Shown here piece by piece: positions 38,862 through 48,486 of a stretch of 64,000 bases of DNA. Each line of letters opens with the position of its first letter. Position 1 is the stretch's first letter. A program made the position numbers and the translations under genes. Origin of the DNA: Gemmatimonadales bacterium (GTDB taxonomy: Bacteria; Gemmatimonadota; Gemmatimonadetes; Gemmatimonadales; GWC2-71-9); assembly GCA_041577295.1 (NCBI GenBank), contig JBFGJG010000002.1, forward strand, positions 32,001 to 96,000. The letters run 5' to 3'. A model generated the notes under the pieces. That model ran no database searches. It was not told where the DNA came from and was given only the letters and a program-made list of their open reading frames with translations.

Positions 38862-40294
38862 GGTCTCTCACCGATCAGGGCGACTCACCGCCGAGCCTGG
38901 CGAAAGCGCTCAAGCTCCGGGACCTCGTACTCTTCAACATTGTCGCGGTGCTCAGCCTCCGCTGGCTCGCCACCTCGGCTGCCACGGGCCCGAGCGCTCT
39001 CACGCTGTGGGTGTTGGCCGCCCTTTTTTTCTTTCTGCCCCTGAGTGTTGCCGTTGGTTACTTGTCGTCGCGCTTTCCGAAAGAGGGTGGTCTCTACTTT
39101 TGGACCAAACGGGCATTTGGCGACGGACACGGATTTCTCTGTGGCTGGTGTTACTGGGTGAACAATATCTTGTATCCCGCAAACCTGCTCATGTCCACCG
39201 CCGTCATTGCCACCTACGTCGTGGGTCGAGGTGAAAGCGGTTTGGGTGAGAGTTGGAGCTATGTGCTCGTTGCGACGATGACGGCCCTCTGGCTCGCCAT
39301 CATCCTCAATGTCGTTGGAGTCGGAACCGGAAAGTGGCTCGAGAACATCGGAGGGATTGCCGCAGCTGTTCCGGGCCTGGTGCTCATCGGCATTGCGCTG
39401 CTCGTCGCCATCCGTCAACCACCAGCCAACAGCTTTGCATTCGAACAGCTGACGCCCAACCTCAGGAACTTCGCCCAGGTAAACCTCTGGGCCTCGATAG
39501 CTTTCGCCTTTTCAGGCATCGAGCTGTCATCGACGATGGCGGACGAGGTGACGGATTCGCGACGCAATCTCCCGCGCTCCCTTTTAATCTCGGTTCCCGT
39601 CATCGCCTCGCTGTACATCATCGGGACCGGAGCCGTGCTCTGGCTCGTGCCAAGCGGTGACATCAACATCGTGTCCGGCTTTCTTCAGGCTACAGCGGCT
39701 GGCGCCGGCAGGCTCGGCGAGAGTCTCGTGTGGATCGCGGCGGTTGCCGCGGCGCTCTATGTGCTCGGAAACATCGGGGGGGTTGGCGCCTGGCTAGCGG
39801 GACCGGCCCGTGTCGCCTTTGCCATCGGTATCGACCGCTATTTTCCGCCGGCATTTGGACGCATCCATCCGAAATGGAAGACGCCCCACGTTGCGATTCT
39901 CACCCAGGGCGTGCTCGCTACCATTTTCCTCATCCTGTCCGTGCTCGGCGAAGGCACAACCGTCGAGAAGGCCTATCTGATCCTCCTCGACACTATGATC
40001 TTGCTGTACTTCATCCCCTACGTTTACCTCTTTCTCTCCTATCTCTTGTTTCGACGCCGAGAGGCGAACGAACGAGGTACCGGGCTGCCAATTGTGGCCC
40101 ATCTGATTGGCCTTAGTGGCCTGCTACTCACATTGTTCGCTATGGCTGTCGCGGTCATCCCGCCACCTGGCGACACCGATCCGCTGCTCTTCGAGCTCAA
40201 GGTGCTCGGGGGCACTGGCGGCTTCATTCTGTTTGGTGGAATCCTCTACTGGCGGGCACGATGGAGACGAAGACCACACCACCACGGCTCGTAG
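38858..40294 (+). CDS. APC family amino acid/polyamine permease
   Basis: About 12 TM helices; P.EGGLY.W...AFG, FAFSGIE and HPKWKTP. Confidence 0.9.
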   Translation: MRSLTDQGDSPPSLAKALKLRDLVLFNIVAVLSLRWLATSAATGPSALTLWVLAALFFFLPLSVAVGYLSSRFPKEGGLYFWTKRAFGDGHGFLCGWCYWVNNILYPANLLMSTAVIATYVVGRGESGLGESWSYVLVATMTALWLAIILNVVGVGTGKWLENIGGIAAAVPGLVLIGIALLVAIRQPPANSFAFEQLTPNLRNFAQVNLWASIAFAFSGIELSSTMADEVTDSRRNLPRSLLISVPVIASLYIIGTGAVLWLVPSGDINIVSGFLQATAAGAGRLGESLVWIAAVAAALYVLGNIGGVGAWLAGPARVAFAIGIDRYFPPAFGRIHPKWKTPHVAILTQGVLATIFLILSVLGEGTTVEKAYLILLDTMILLYFIPYVYLFLSYLLFRRREANERGTGLPIVAHLIGLSGLLLTLFAMAVAVIPPPGDTDPLLFELKVLGGTGGFILFGGILYWRARWRRRPHHHGS

Positions 40295-40566
40295 GATGAG
40301 CGCCTCACATCCCGTCCTTGCGCCTACCGCACCGCGACTCCCCGACTGGTTACCGATGCCAGCCCCGGCTGGGCGGCCGCCTAGATCGACCTGCCGGGCA
40401 GGTCGTGTACGGACACCACAAGCTATCGTGTGGCAACAACATAGCACGGCGAATTCCGATCGCTCGGCGCACTCTAGCCACTTACGAAGACGGATTACAG
40501 CATCGGGGGCACGTACCCTGCCACCCTGGGCGGCCATCGTTAAATCCCACCGCTTGAGAGTAAAAG

Positions 40567-43158
40567 GTGCAGCAAGCCGATACAGGGTTCGTACCGTTCG
40601 ATAGACGAGAGATCGAGCAGTCGATTCCGGACCGCTTCGCCAAGCAGGTTCGCCACTCTCCGCAATCCGTGGCGGTGTGGAGCGAAGAGCGGTGCTTGAC
40701 GTACGATGCGCTCGACCGATACGCGAATCGCATCGCGATGGCGATCGTCCGTCACCGGATCCCTCACGCGACCTCCGTTGCAATTCTCCTGCCCCAGGGC
40801 GTGGATCACATCGCAGCAATCCTCGGTGTGTTGAAAGCCGGTCGGCACTACGTGCCGCTCGATCCCGCATCCTCGACAGAGGAGCTGCGAGCCATTCTGC
40901 TCGACTCCGGGTCCAGCTTGATCGTATCGAATGGGAGCAGTGCCGGGCTCGCGCGGAATCTCTCAAACGGTCTCCCTGTCTGTGATGTCGACGCGCTCGA
41001 TCAGTCTCTGTCCGATGCCGCACCTGAGCTTCCTATCGGGCCGGACAGTCTCGCGTACATCTACTACACGTCGGGGACCACAGGACAACCGAAAGGTGTG
41101 GTCGACAATCATCGCAATGTGCTCCACAATGTGATGCGCTACACCAATAGCCTGGAGATCCGTCGGGCCGACCGCCTCACATTATTGCAATCACCGGCAT
41201 TCAGCGGATCGGTCTCGAGCCTTTTCTGCGCCCTGCTGAACGGCGCGACGTGCTATCCATTCGATCTGCGACGATTGGGATTCAATGCGCTTGCGTCCCT
41301 CATCAAGGAGCGGAAGCTCACGATCCTTCATTCCGTCCCAACGGTTTTTCAGCACCTCGTTGAGACCGGAGTACCGTTTCCAAGTCTCCGCATTATCCGT
41401 CTCGAAGGGGATCAGGTTCACCACCACCACATTGAAGCGTATCGAAAGCACTTCGGCGCGCAGTGTGTCCTCGTTAACGGGATGGGAGCCACTGAAACAG
41501 GATTAACACGCCAGTACTTCATCGATCATGACATGGAGCTAGCCGGCGGCCTCATTCCGATTGGGTACCCAACGGACGACATGGAGACGATCCTTATCGA
41601 TGAGTTTGGGATCGAAGTGACCGCAGGGCAGATCGGTGAGATCGCCGTGCGGAGCCGCTACCTCGCGCTCGGGTACTGGAACCGCCCAAAACTGACTAGC
41701 GAGCGGTTTCGTCGACCAAACGGTGCTAAGGGAAAACGCACTTATAGAACCGGTGATTTCGGTCGCTTTCGAACGGATGGGTGTCTCGAGTACCTCGGCC
41801 GACGGGATTACCAAATCAAGATCCGCGGACGACGCGTGGATCTGCAGCAAATCGAGCGAGAGATCAGAGCGCTGCCCAGTGTCGTCGACGCAGTGGTGGT
41901 TTCGCACCCAAGTGAAGCCGGGGATACCCGTCTCGTGGGATACGTCGTTGCAGTCAATTCACCACCGACCTCGAGCGCGTTGAGACGTGCCTTGGCCGAG
42001 ACGTTACCGACGAGGATGATTCCAACCGCATTCGTCGTGCTCGACGAAATCCCCGTCGACGATAATGGAAAGATCAGACGACGGGATCTACCCACTCCGT
42101 CCAACGCGCGGCCGTCGCAAGATACGCCCTTCGTGTCTCCCAGGGATAACGTCGAACGCGCACTGGTCGAGATCTGCGGCTCGCTGTTGGGGATTACAAC
42201 TGTTGGAGCAGAGGACGATCTCTTTGACCTCGGCTTTGATTCCCTCTTGCTGCTGCGACTGCTGGCAAAGGTCAACGACGAGTTCAGCCAAGATCTGTCG
42301 AGCGGTGTTTTTCTGAACGTACGCACGATTGCGCAATTGGCCGATCGGCTCCGACAGTGTGCGCCGCGCGATACACTGATCCCTCTACAATCCGGCACTC
42401 GGGCGCCATGCTTTCTCGTGCATGCGCATAGGGGACAGGTATTGCACTATGGCCGTCTCGCAAGCCGGATGGAGCGAGACCGCCCGTTGGTGGCGGTGCA
42501 GTCACCGGCCCGGCAGCCGTTTGGGACCACCGTCGAAGATCTTGCCACCCACCATGTCACAGCGATCCGCAGGGTGCAGGAGCACGGGCCGTATCTGCTG
42601 GGCGGATACTGCTTTGGTGCGCTCGTGGCGTTCGAGATGGCGCAACAGCTACACGCGCTCGGGGAGACCGTCCCCCTGTTGATACTGCTCGATCCTGACT
42701 TGCCGGGCGGTGAAGCACCGCAAAACGCCACCCGAGTTGACCTCATTTCAAAGATCCGAAGACACGTCGGCTCGCTGCGATCCGCGGAGTTGCGCCACTG
42801 GGCGCCCTACCTCCGAACACACGGTCAGAGGGTGTTGCGCCGGGTTGTGCGTCGGACCAGGCATCGGGTGCTTTCGGTGATCTACCCTGCGCTGCAACGG
42901 CCGATCACGACATCTGTTGTGGATGATTGGGCACAGCGCGCGTGCCGGATGTATCGGCCAAAGCCGTATGTCGGCGCAGCGCTGGTGATCGGGCACGTGG
43001 ACGGAACGGGAGCGGTAAAACACTATGAATCGTGGCAAGGAATTCTCTGTGGTGAGTACGAGTTGCGTTACATCGAGGCTCCCGAGAGAAGCATGTTCCA
43101 GGAGCCATATGTTCGCGAACTCGCCGCGCTCTTGAACAACGCAATCGACGGCTGGTGA
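40567..43158 (+). CDS. Stand-alone NRPS-like enzyme: adenylation-thiolation-thioesterase (A-T-TE)
   Basis: YTSGTTGQPKG, GEIAV, YRTGD, GRRDYQIKIRG and NGKI; carrier motif LGFDSL; alpha/beta-hydrolase GGYCFG. Confidence 0.88.
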   Translation: MQQADTGFVPFDRREIEQSIPDRFAKQVRHSPQSVAVWSEERCLTYDALDRYANRIAMAIVRHRIPHATSVAILLPQGVDHIAAILGVLKAGRHYVPLDPASSTEELRAILLDSGSSLIVSNGSSAGLARNLSNGLPVCDVDALDQSLSDAAPELPIGPDSLAYIYYTSGTTGQPKGVVDNHRNVLHNVMRYTNSLEIRRADRLTLLQSPAFSGSVSSLFCALLNGATCYPFDLRRLGFNALASLIKERKLTILHSVPTVFQHLVETGVPFPSLRIIRLEGDQVHHHHIEAYRKHFGAQCVLVNGMGATETGLTRQYFIDHDMELAGGLIPIGYPTDDMETILIDEFGIEVTAGQIGEIAVRSRYLALGYWNRPKLTSERFRRPNGAKGKRTYRTGDFGRFRTDGCLEYLGRRDYQIKIRGRRVDLQQIEREIRALPSVVDAVVVSHPSEAGDTRLVGYVVAVNSPPTSSALRRALAETLPTRMIPTAFVVLDEIPVDDNGKIRRRDLPTPSNARPSQDTPFVSPRDNVERALVEICGSLLGITTVGAEDDLFDLGFDSLLLLRLLAKVNDEFSQDLSSGVFLNVRTIAQLADRLRQCAPRDTLIPLQSGTRAPCFLVHAHRGQVLHYGRLASRMERDRPLVAVQSPARQPFGTTVEDLATHHVTAIRRVQEHGPYLLGGYCFGALVAFEMAQQLHALGETVPLLILLDPDLPGGEAPQNATRVDLISKIRRHVGSLRSAELRHWAPYLRTHGQRVLRRVVRRTRHRVLSVIYPALQRPITTSVVDDWAQRACRMYRPKPYVGAALVIGHVDGTGAVKHYESWQGILCGEYELRYIEAPERSMFQEPYVRELAALLNNAIDGW

Positions 43159-43167
43159 GCACGCGTT

Positions 43168-44364
43168 TCAGACCGGATGCAGCTGAAGAAGGCGATGTTC
43201 TACGTTCATGCCGAGCGCCGCGAGCTCGCGCACGTAGGCGTGCGGATCTACCGAAACCTCTCTTACCGAAACCCCCTTCTTCAGCTCACCACGAGCAAGC
43301 ATCGCCGCTACAATTGCCGCATCGAAGCCCGTGCACTGTTGCATTGCCGACAGGCCGAGCTCTTCATCGTAGTGCACCATCAGGTCGACCTCGGCGCGAA
43401 CGCCAGCCCCGCCATCAGATCCCACACAGTGCACCCGAACAACGACGATGTCGCGCACCGGCTCCGATCCGACGAGCAGCGGTTCGAGCAGGCGTTCCGT
43501 CACCCGCCGCGGCACGATGAGTTGGTTGCCCACCCGAACCGGCTCGAGGGAAAAGAGACCGAGTGACTTGAGCAGTCGGATGGCAGCTAGGTGGCCAGGA
43601 TGCCGGACGACACGGCTGGTAAACTCGCGTAGAACCGGTTGAAATGTCTTGGGAAAAGTGGCTCCGGTACCGGAGGCAAGGAACGCGTCGAGGCGACCGA
43701 GCGGTGGCGGAAAGTCGACCGTTTGTACCTCGGTCAGGGCTTCGAGGGCCACCAGCTCACCGTTGCGGAGGTTGTAGCAGGGCCCGTCATACTCGTTCGT
43801 CAACCCCTCGATCGCGAACGTCAGACGATAGAAGAGAGGGGGCGTCGGATCGAGCGGTAAGCCTCCATCCCAAACCTCGAGCGTTTCCGGGGTTGGGACC
43901 ATACGCAGGGCGAGCGTCATCAGCGTGGTGGCCATCCCGGGAGCTTGCCCACAGTCCGGCACCACTGTTATGCCGCCGCTGCGGGCCTCGGCATCGAGCT
44001 CGACTTGCTGTGACGTGGTTTCCGGATGTCCGCCGAGGTCGCACAGGTTCACTCCGATGTCGATCGCGGCCCGGGTCACGTCGAGGTTGAACTCATAGGG
44101 CACGGCGCTGATCACGGCATCCGCCCCGCGCAGCTGATCTCGGAGCCCCTCGGAGTCGCGCACGTCCAGACTCCCCGCCGCAAGATCAACAACCACGTTC
44201 GCACGGGAGAGCCGGGAGTGGATCCAGCGCACAGCCGTTTGCGCTCGTCCCGGTACGGCATCCAAGATCAAGACCTCTTTCGCGTTGCCTCGAAGCGCTA
44301 GGTCGTACGCCGCCGCCGTACCCTGGCGTCCCGCGCCGAGCACCACGTACCGGTACGCCGTCAT
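43168..44364 (-). CDS. Saccharopine dehydrogenase/lysine 6-dehydrogenase-like oxidoreductase
   Basis: VLGAGRQG, SAVPY, DLGG, PDCGQAPG, GGLP and EGL.NEY. ATGA overlap with the upstream gene. Confidence 0.85.
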   Translation of the reverse strand: MTAYRYVVLGAGRQGTAAAYDLALRGNAKEVLILDAVPGRAQTAVRWIHSRLSRANVVVDLAAGSLDVRDSEGLRDQLRGADAVISAVPYEFNLDVTRAAIDIGVNLCDLGGHPETTSQQVELDAEARSGGITVVPDCGQAPGMATTLMTLALRMVPTPETLEVWDGGLPLDPTPPLFYRLTFAIEGLTNEYDGPCYNLRNGELVALEALTEVQTVDFPPPLGRLDAFLASGTGATFPKTFQPVLREFTSRVVRHPGHLAAIRLLKSLGLFSLEPVRVGNQLIVPRRVTERLLEPLLVGSEPVRDIVVVRVHCVGSDGGAGVRAEVDLMVHYDEELGLSAMQQCTGFDAAIVAAMLARGELKKGVSVREVSVDPHAYVRELAALGMNVEHRLLQLHPV

Positions 44365-46121
44365 GGTCTCACCCGCCACGAGTTGTCCCCAACAATGAGC
44401 CCATCGTCGTACACCAGCTTACCTTGCCGAAACGTGGCGAGCACCCGAATACCGAGCAATGAATCCTCGGCCACTGTCAAAGGGTCGGCGGAGAGGATGA
44501 CGAGGTTGGCTGGCTCACCTGCCGACACCGTACCCGTGCGTGCCTGACCGCCTTCAGCCGGGAACCACGTGGTGGCCAGCCGGAAGGCGGGAATCCGCCC
44601 AGCTCTGCCCTCTCCCCACATACCGAATCCATTGACCCGGGTAAGCGCCGTGTGAAAACTCATCAGCGGGGGACCAGGTGTCGTGAAGTAGTCTGATCCC
44701 TCTGCGAGTGTCGCCTCCATCTCGCCAAGCGCCCGCCAGGCATACACGCGCCGGCTGCCGGGTGAGCCAACGCGGCGCTCACCAAACGTGGGGGACTCAG
44801 TTGGTGGCGAGTTGAAGTTGGATTGAATCGAAAGCACGACACCGAGTGCGGCCGCGCGCTCGAAATCCTCGGCGCGAGCGTACGAGAAGTGCTCGATGCG
44901 AAGGCGACCGGGATCCAGCTCGACATCCTCATCGAGCAGCCGATCATACGCATCCAGTGTCTGCCGGACCGCCTCGTCGCCGATCGCGTGGGTCGCTACG
45001 CTCAAGCCTACATCGAGCGCCCGCCTTGCCCACTCGTAAATGTCGTTCCGGATCATACGGAGCACGCCACTTGTCGTTGGATCGTCTGCGTATCTGTGTG
45101 AGAGCGCCGCTCCGCGGCTCCCGAGTGCACCGTCGGCGAAAAGTTTGAGATGGGTGATACGCAGACGGGGCGATAACACCGGATCAAAGGGCCCATTGCT
45201 CGTCAGCGAATCCGCGAGCTTGCTCGGTGCGGGTATCATCAGGTTCACGTTGATGGGAAGGGGCCGCTCGATGTCAACCGACTGCAGGAGCCGGAGGTAG
45301 CGATGCAGATCCACGTTGAGCGCAACGACACCGGGGAATGCAAGAACACCGGCATCATACACGTCGGACACACCGCGAGAAGCCAATGCATCCGCTGCGA
45401 GTCGAAACGCACTCTTGATGTCTTCGTCACTTGGTGTCGGAATCAGTCGGATCACACTCTCGTTGGCACGTTCCAACAGGACACCCGTGGGAGCTCCGCT
45501 GGAGCGGACGATTTCACCACCAGAGGGGTCCGCCGTCGACGCATCGAGGTTGGCGAGACGCATCGCTGCCGCGTTGACCCACCCGGCATGTCCGTCGGTG
45601 CGTGCGAGAAACACCGGATGTTCCGGGGCTCCACGCGTCAGGGGCTCGTGTGATGGCAGTGCCTGTGTACCCCAGCTCGCCTGGCTCCAGCCGGCTCCGA
45701 GAATCCACTGACCGGGCACGGTAGCTGCTGCGCGTGATCGAACGCGCTCGGCCAATTCGTCGAGGGACTGTACGTCCGATACGTCGAGGAACAGTCGCTG
45801 CTCATCTCTGGCGTTGAGGAGAGCGAATCCGACGTTGACGAGGTGAACGTGATGGTCCACAAATGCGGGGGCCAACACGGTGCCACGTAAATCAACAACA
45901 ATCGGTGAGCGACTCGAACGGGTAAGCGTCGCCGAGTCCCCAACCCGTGCGACCAAACCGTCCCGGACGAGGACACTCGACGCCGCCGTGCCGCTCTCAT
46001 CATCGGTTACCACCACACCATTGGTGAACAGCAGCTCGTTGGGTTGCGTTTCGGGCAAGCCGCAACCGGCCAAGAGCATCGCCGCGGCATGCAGGCAGGA
46101 CCAGAATTGCGATGGGGTCAT
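44361..46121 (-). CDS. Amidohydrolase_3 (YtcJ-like) metal-dependent hydrolase, lipoprotein
   Basis: FVDHHVH, DGHAGWVN, KLFADGALGSRGA, HAIGD, RIEH and GSD. Lipobox LAGC. Confidence 0.88.
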   Translation of the reverse strand: MTPSQFWSCLHAAAMLLAGCGLPETQPNELLFTNGVVVTDDESGTAASSVLVRDGLVARVGDSATLTRSSRSPIVVDLRGTVLAPAFVDHHVHLVNVGFALLNARDEQRLFLDVSDVQSLDELAERVRSRAAATVPGQWILGAGWSQASWGTQALPSHEPLTRGAPEHPVFLARTDGHAGWVNAAAMRLANLDASTADPSGGEIVRSSGAPTGVLLERANESVIRLIPTPSDEDIKSAFRLAADALASRGVSDVYDAGVLAFPGVVALNVDLHRYLRLLQSVDIERPLPINVNLMIPAPSKLADSLTSNGPFDPVLSPRLRITHLKLFADGALGSRGAALSHRYADDPTTSGVLRMIRNDIYEWARRALDVGLSVATHAIGDEAVRQTLDAYDRLLDEDVELDPGRLRIEHFSYARAEDFERAAALGVVLSIQSNFNSPPTESPTFGERRVGSPGSRRVYAWRALGEMEATLAEGSDYFTTPGPPLMSFHTALTRVNGFGMWGEGRAGRIPAFRLATTWFPAEGGQARTGTVSAGEPANLVILSADPLTVAEDSLLGIRVLATFRQGKLVYDDGLIVGDNSWRVRP

Positions 46122-46217
46122 CCGACCCTTCCAGTTGCGTTGCTGGAACCTTACCGCCGGAGGCCGCGGCCGCTAGCTTCTCGGGGGTTGTCGATCTTTC
46201 CCTGGAGAACTCGAGAG

Positions 46218-48452
46218 ATGAACGGTAGGCTACGCATGTTGGCGTACCGCTGGTTGAGTGGTACCCGCCCCATGCTTCTTCTTGCATCGATGATCGGGCT
46301 CTGCCCCCTCACACTCGCAGCACAAAGTCACAGCTCCGGTGCTCCGATTCATGGCTTCTCACCCATCACCGCCGTCGCGCAACACGACATCGAGCGCCGA
46401 CTCGCCGCGCTCTTGGAGAACGATTCAACTGGCAGACATTTCCGGTACCTGACCGAGGAACCGCACGTGGCCGGGTCGGTGAGAAACAAGGAGCTCGCGG
46501 ATTACATCGCTGCGAGATTTCGTGCGTACGGGCTGGAAGATATCCGCCTGCATCGGTATGACGTGCTGTTACCATACCCCGAGTCCGTCAGCGTAACGAT
46601 GCTGGAACCGTACCGTTTCGAGCCGACGCTCAAAGAAGACGGTTACCCGCAGGACAAGGACTCCTACGCTGATGTTGGCATCACCTACATGGGTATGTCC
46701 GCCTCCGGCGACGTCACCGGCGATCTGATCTACGCCAACAGCGGTAATCCGGCCGACTACGACTGGCTCGAGAGCCAGGGAATCGAAGTCGCCGGCAAGA
46801 TCGCGATCGTTCGGTACTCCGTGCCCTACTCGTACCGTGGCTTCAAGGCGTTGACTGCTGAACAGCGAGGCCTCAAAGCCATCCTCGTCTATTCTGACCC
46901 GGAAGATGACGGGTATCGCAAAGGGCTGACGTACCCAAATGGCCCGTGGGGCCCCGAAAGTCATATCCAACGGGGTGCAATCACCTACGACTTTTTCGAG
47001 CCTGGCGATCCGCTGACGCCAGGCTGGGCATCGATCGACGGTGCCCGGCGGATACCCGTGGAAGACGCGCGGTCGGTGCCAAGGATCATCGCCGTCCCGA
47101 TGTCGTACCGGGACGCCCGACCGCTGCTCGAGGCCCTGGGTGGGCCCGTCGCACCGCTCGAGTGGCAAGGTGGTCTTCCATTTACATACCACGTGGGACC
47201 GGGAGCGACGAAGGTTCGGGTGCACGTTCGGATGGACGGCAAAACCCGACCCATTTGGGTGGTGGAGGGACGGATACGCGGTAGCGAGGAGCCTGAGAAA
47301 ATGGTGGTACTGGGAAATCACCGCGATGCGTGGGTGTACGGCGGCGTGGACCCCAGTAGTGCCACGGCTACGCAATTAGAGTTGGCCCGCGTGCTTGGGA
47401 CGCTTGCGAGAGAGGGACATCGGCCACGTCGGACGATCGTCCTGGCAAGTTGGGATGCCGAAGAGTGGCATCTTACAGGATCCACCGAGTGGGGCGAGCA
47501 GTTCGCCGGCGACCTCGCGCGTAACGCGATCGCCTATCTGAACGTGGATGGCTCCACGAGCGGCTCGGCCTTCGAAGCGGGAGCTGTGGCAAGCATGAAC
47601 CGTCTCGTCGTCGAAACGGTTCGCGATGTGATCGATCCCAACTCGCGTCGGAGCGTCCTCGAGGCGTGGTTACGGCACCGCGCCACAGGACGAACCGAAG
47701 CGGTCATTGGTGGCGGGGCGACCGGTGGAGCTGCAGAAGGTGTCCTCGACCCAGTCGATCTCGTCGACAACCGGTTGGGAAGCGGCTCGGATTACACGGT
47801 GTTCTTGAACTTCCTAGGAATCCCAATCGTCGGCATGGCGTTTGATGGCCCGTACGGCGTGTACCACTCGCAATACGACAACTACTACTGGATGACGCAC
47901 TTCGGCGATCCTGGATTTCGCTACATGACAGCCATGGCAGAAATCTGGGGTCGTATGGCGCTGCGGCTCGCCAACGCCGACGTCTATCCGTTCGACTACT
48001 CACTCTATGCGCAGCGGATTGGTGAGTTTCTCGATGAACTGGCGGCGCAACAGGGAGTCGCTGATCGGCTCGACCTTGCTCCCGCCACCGCAGCGCTGCA
48101 AGCATGGCGCGACCGCGCCAGCGACCTGGACCGGATCATCGAGAATGCCCTTTCGGGGATGACACCGGCCGATAACCTCGCATCGCTCAACGATGCGATT
48201 ATCGGAATCGAGCGAGAGCTATTGTTGTCTGAAGGCATCCCGGGAAGAAGTTGGTTCAAGCATGTGCTCTATGCTCCGCGGTTTACATACGCGGCGATGG
48301 AGTTCCCCGGTGTTCAAGAGGCGATCGATGCGGGAGACTGGACGGTGGCACAGGAACAAGTCACCAAACTCGCGGATCGGCTGCGGGCAGTGGCGGATGC
48401 GCTCGGGCGCGCCGCGTCGAGCGGTCGCGCAGCATCCGGCAGCGGCCGGTGA
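46218..48452 (+). CDS. M28 peptidase, glutamate carboxypeptidase II/transferrin-receptor-like
   Basis: PH.AGS, PA domain, GNHRDAW, DP.S, SWDAEE, GSTEW, GSGSDY, YHS.YD and WFKH. Start uncertain. Confidence 0.88.
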   Translation: MNGRLRMLAYRWLSGTRPMLLLASMIGLCPLTLAAQSHSSGAPIHGFSPITAVAQHDIERRLAALLENDSTGRHFRYLTEEPHVAGSVRNKELADYIAARFRAYGLEDIRLHRYDVLLPYPESVSVTMLEPYRFEPTLKEDGYPQDKDSYADVGITYMGMSASGDVTGDLIYANSGNPADYDWLESQGIEVAGKIAIVRYSVPYSYRGFKALTAEQRGLKAILVYSDPEDDGYRKGLTYPNGPWGPESHIQRGAITYDFFEPGDPLTPGWASIDGARRIPVEDARSVPRIIAVPMSYRDARPLLEALGGPVAPLEWQGGLPFTYHVGPGATKVRVHVRMDGKTRPIWVVEGRIRGSEEPEKMVVLGNHRDAWVYGGVDPSSATATQLELARVLGTLAREGHRPRRTIVLASWDAEEWHLTGSTEWGEQFAGDLARNAIAYLNVDGSTSGSAFEAGAVASMNRLVVETVRDVIDPNSRRSVLEAWLRHRATGRTEAVIGGGATGGAAEGVLDPVDLVDNRLGSGSDYTVFLNFLGIPIVGMAFDGPYGVYHSQYDNYYWMTHFGDPGFRYMTAMAEIWGRMALRLANADVYPFDYSLYAQRIGEFLDELAAQQGVADRLDLAPATAALQAWRDRASDLDRIIENALSGMTPADNLASLNDAIIGIERELLLSEGIPGRSWFKHVLYAPRFTYAAMEFPGVQEAIDAGDWTVAQEQVTKLADRLRAVADALGRAASSGRAASGSGR

Positions 48453-48486
48453 CTCGAGCCCCAACACCGGTGATCAAGTGTACCCC

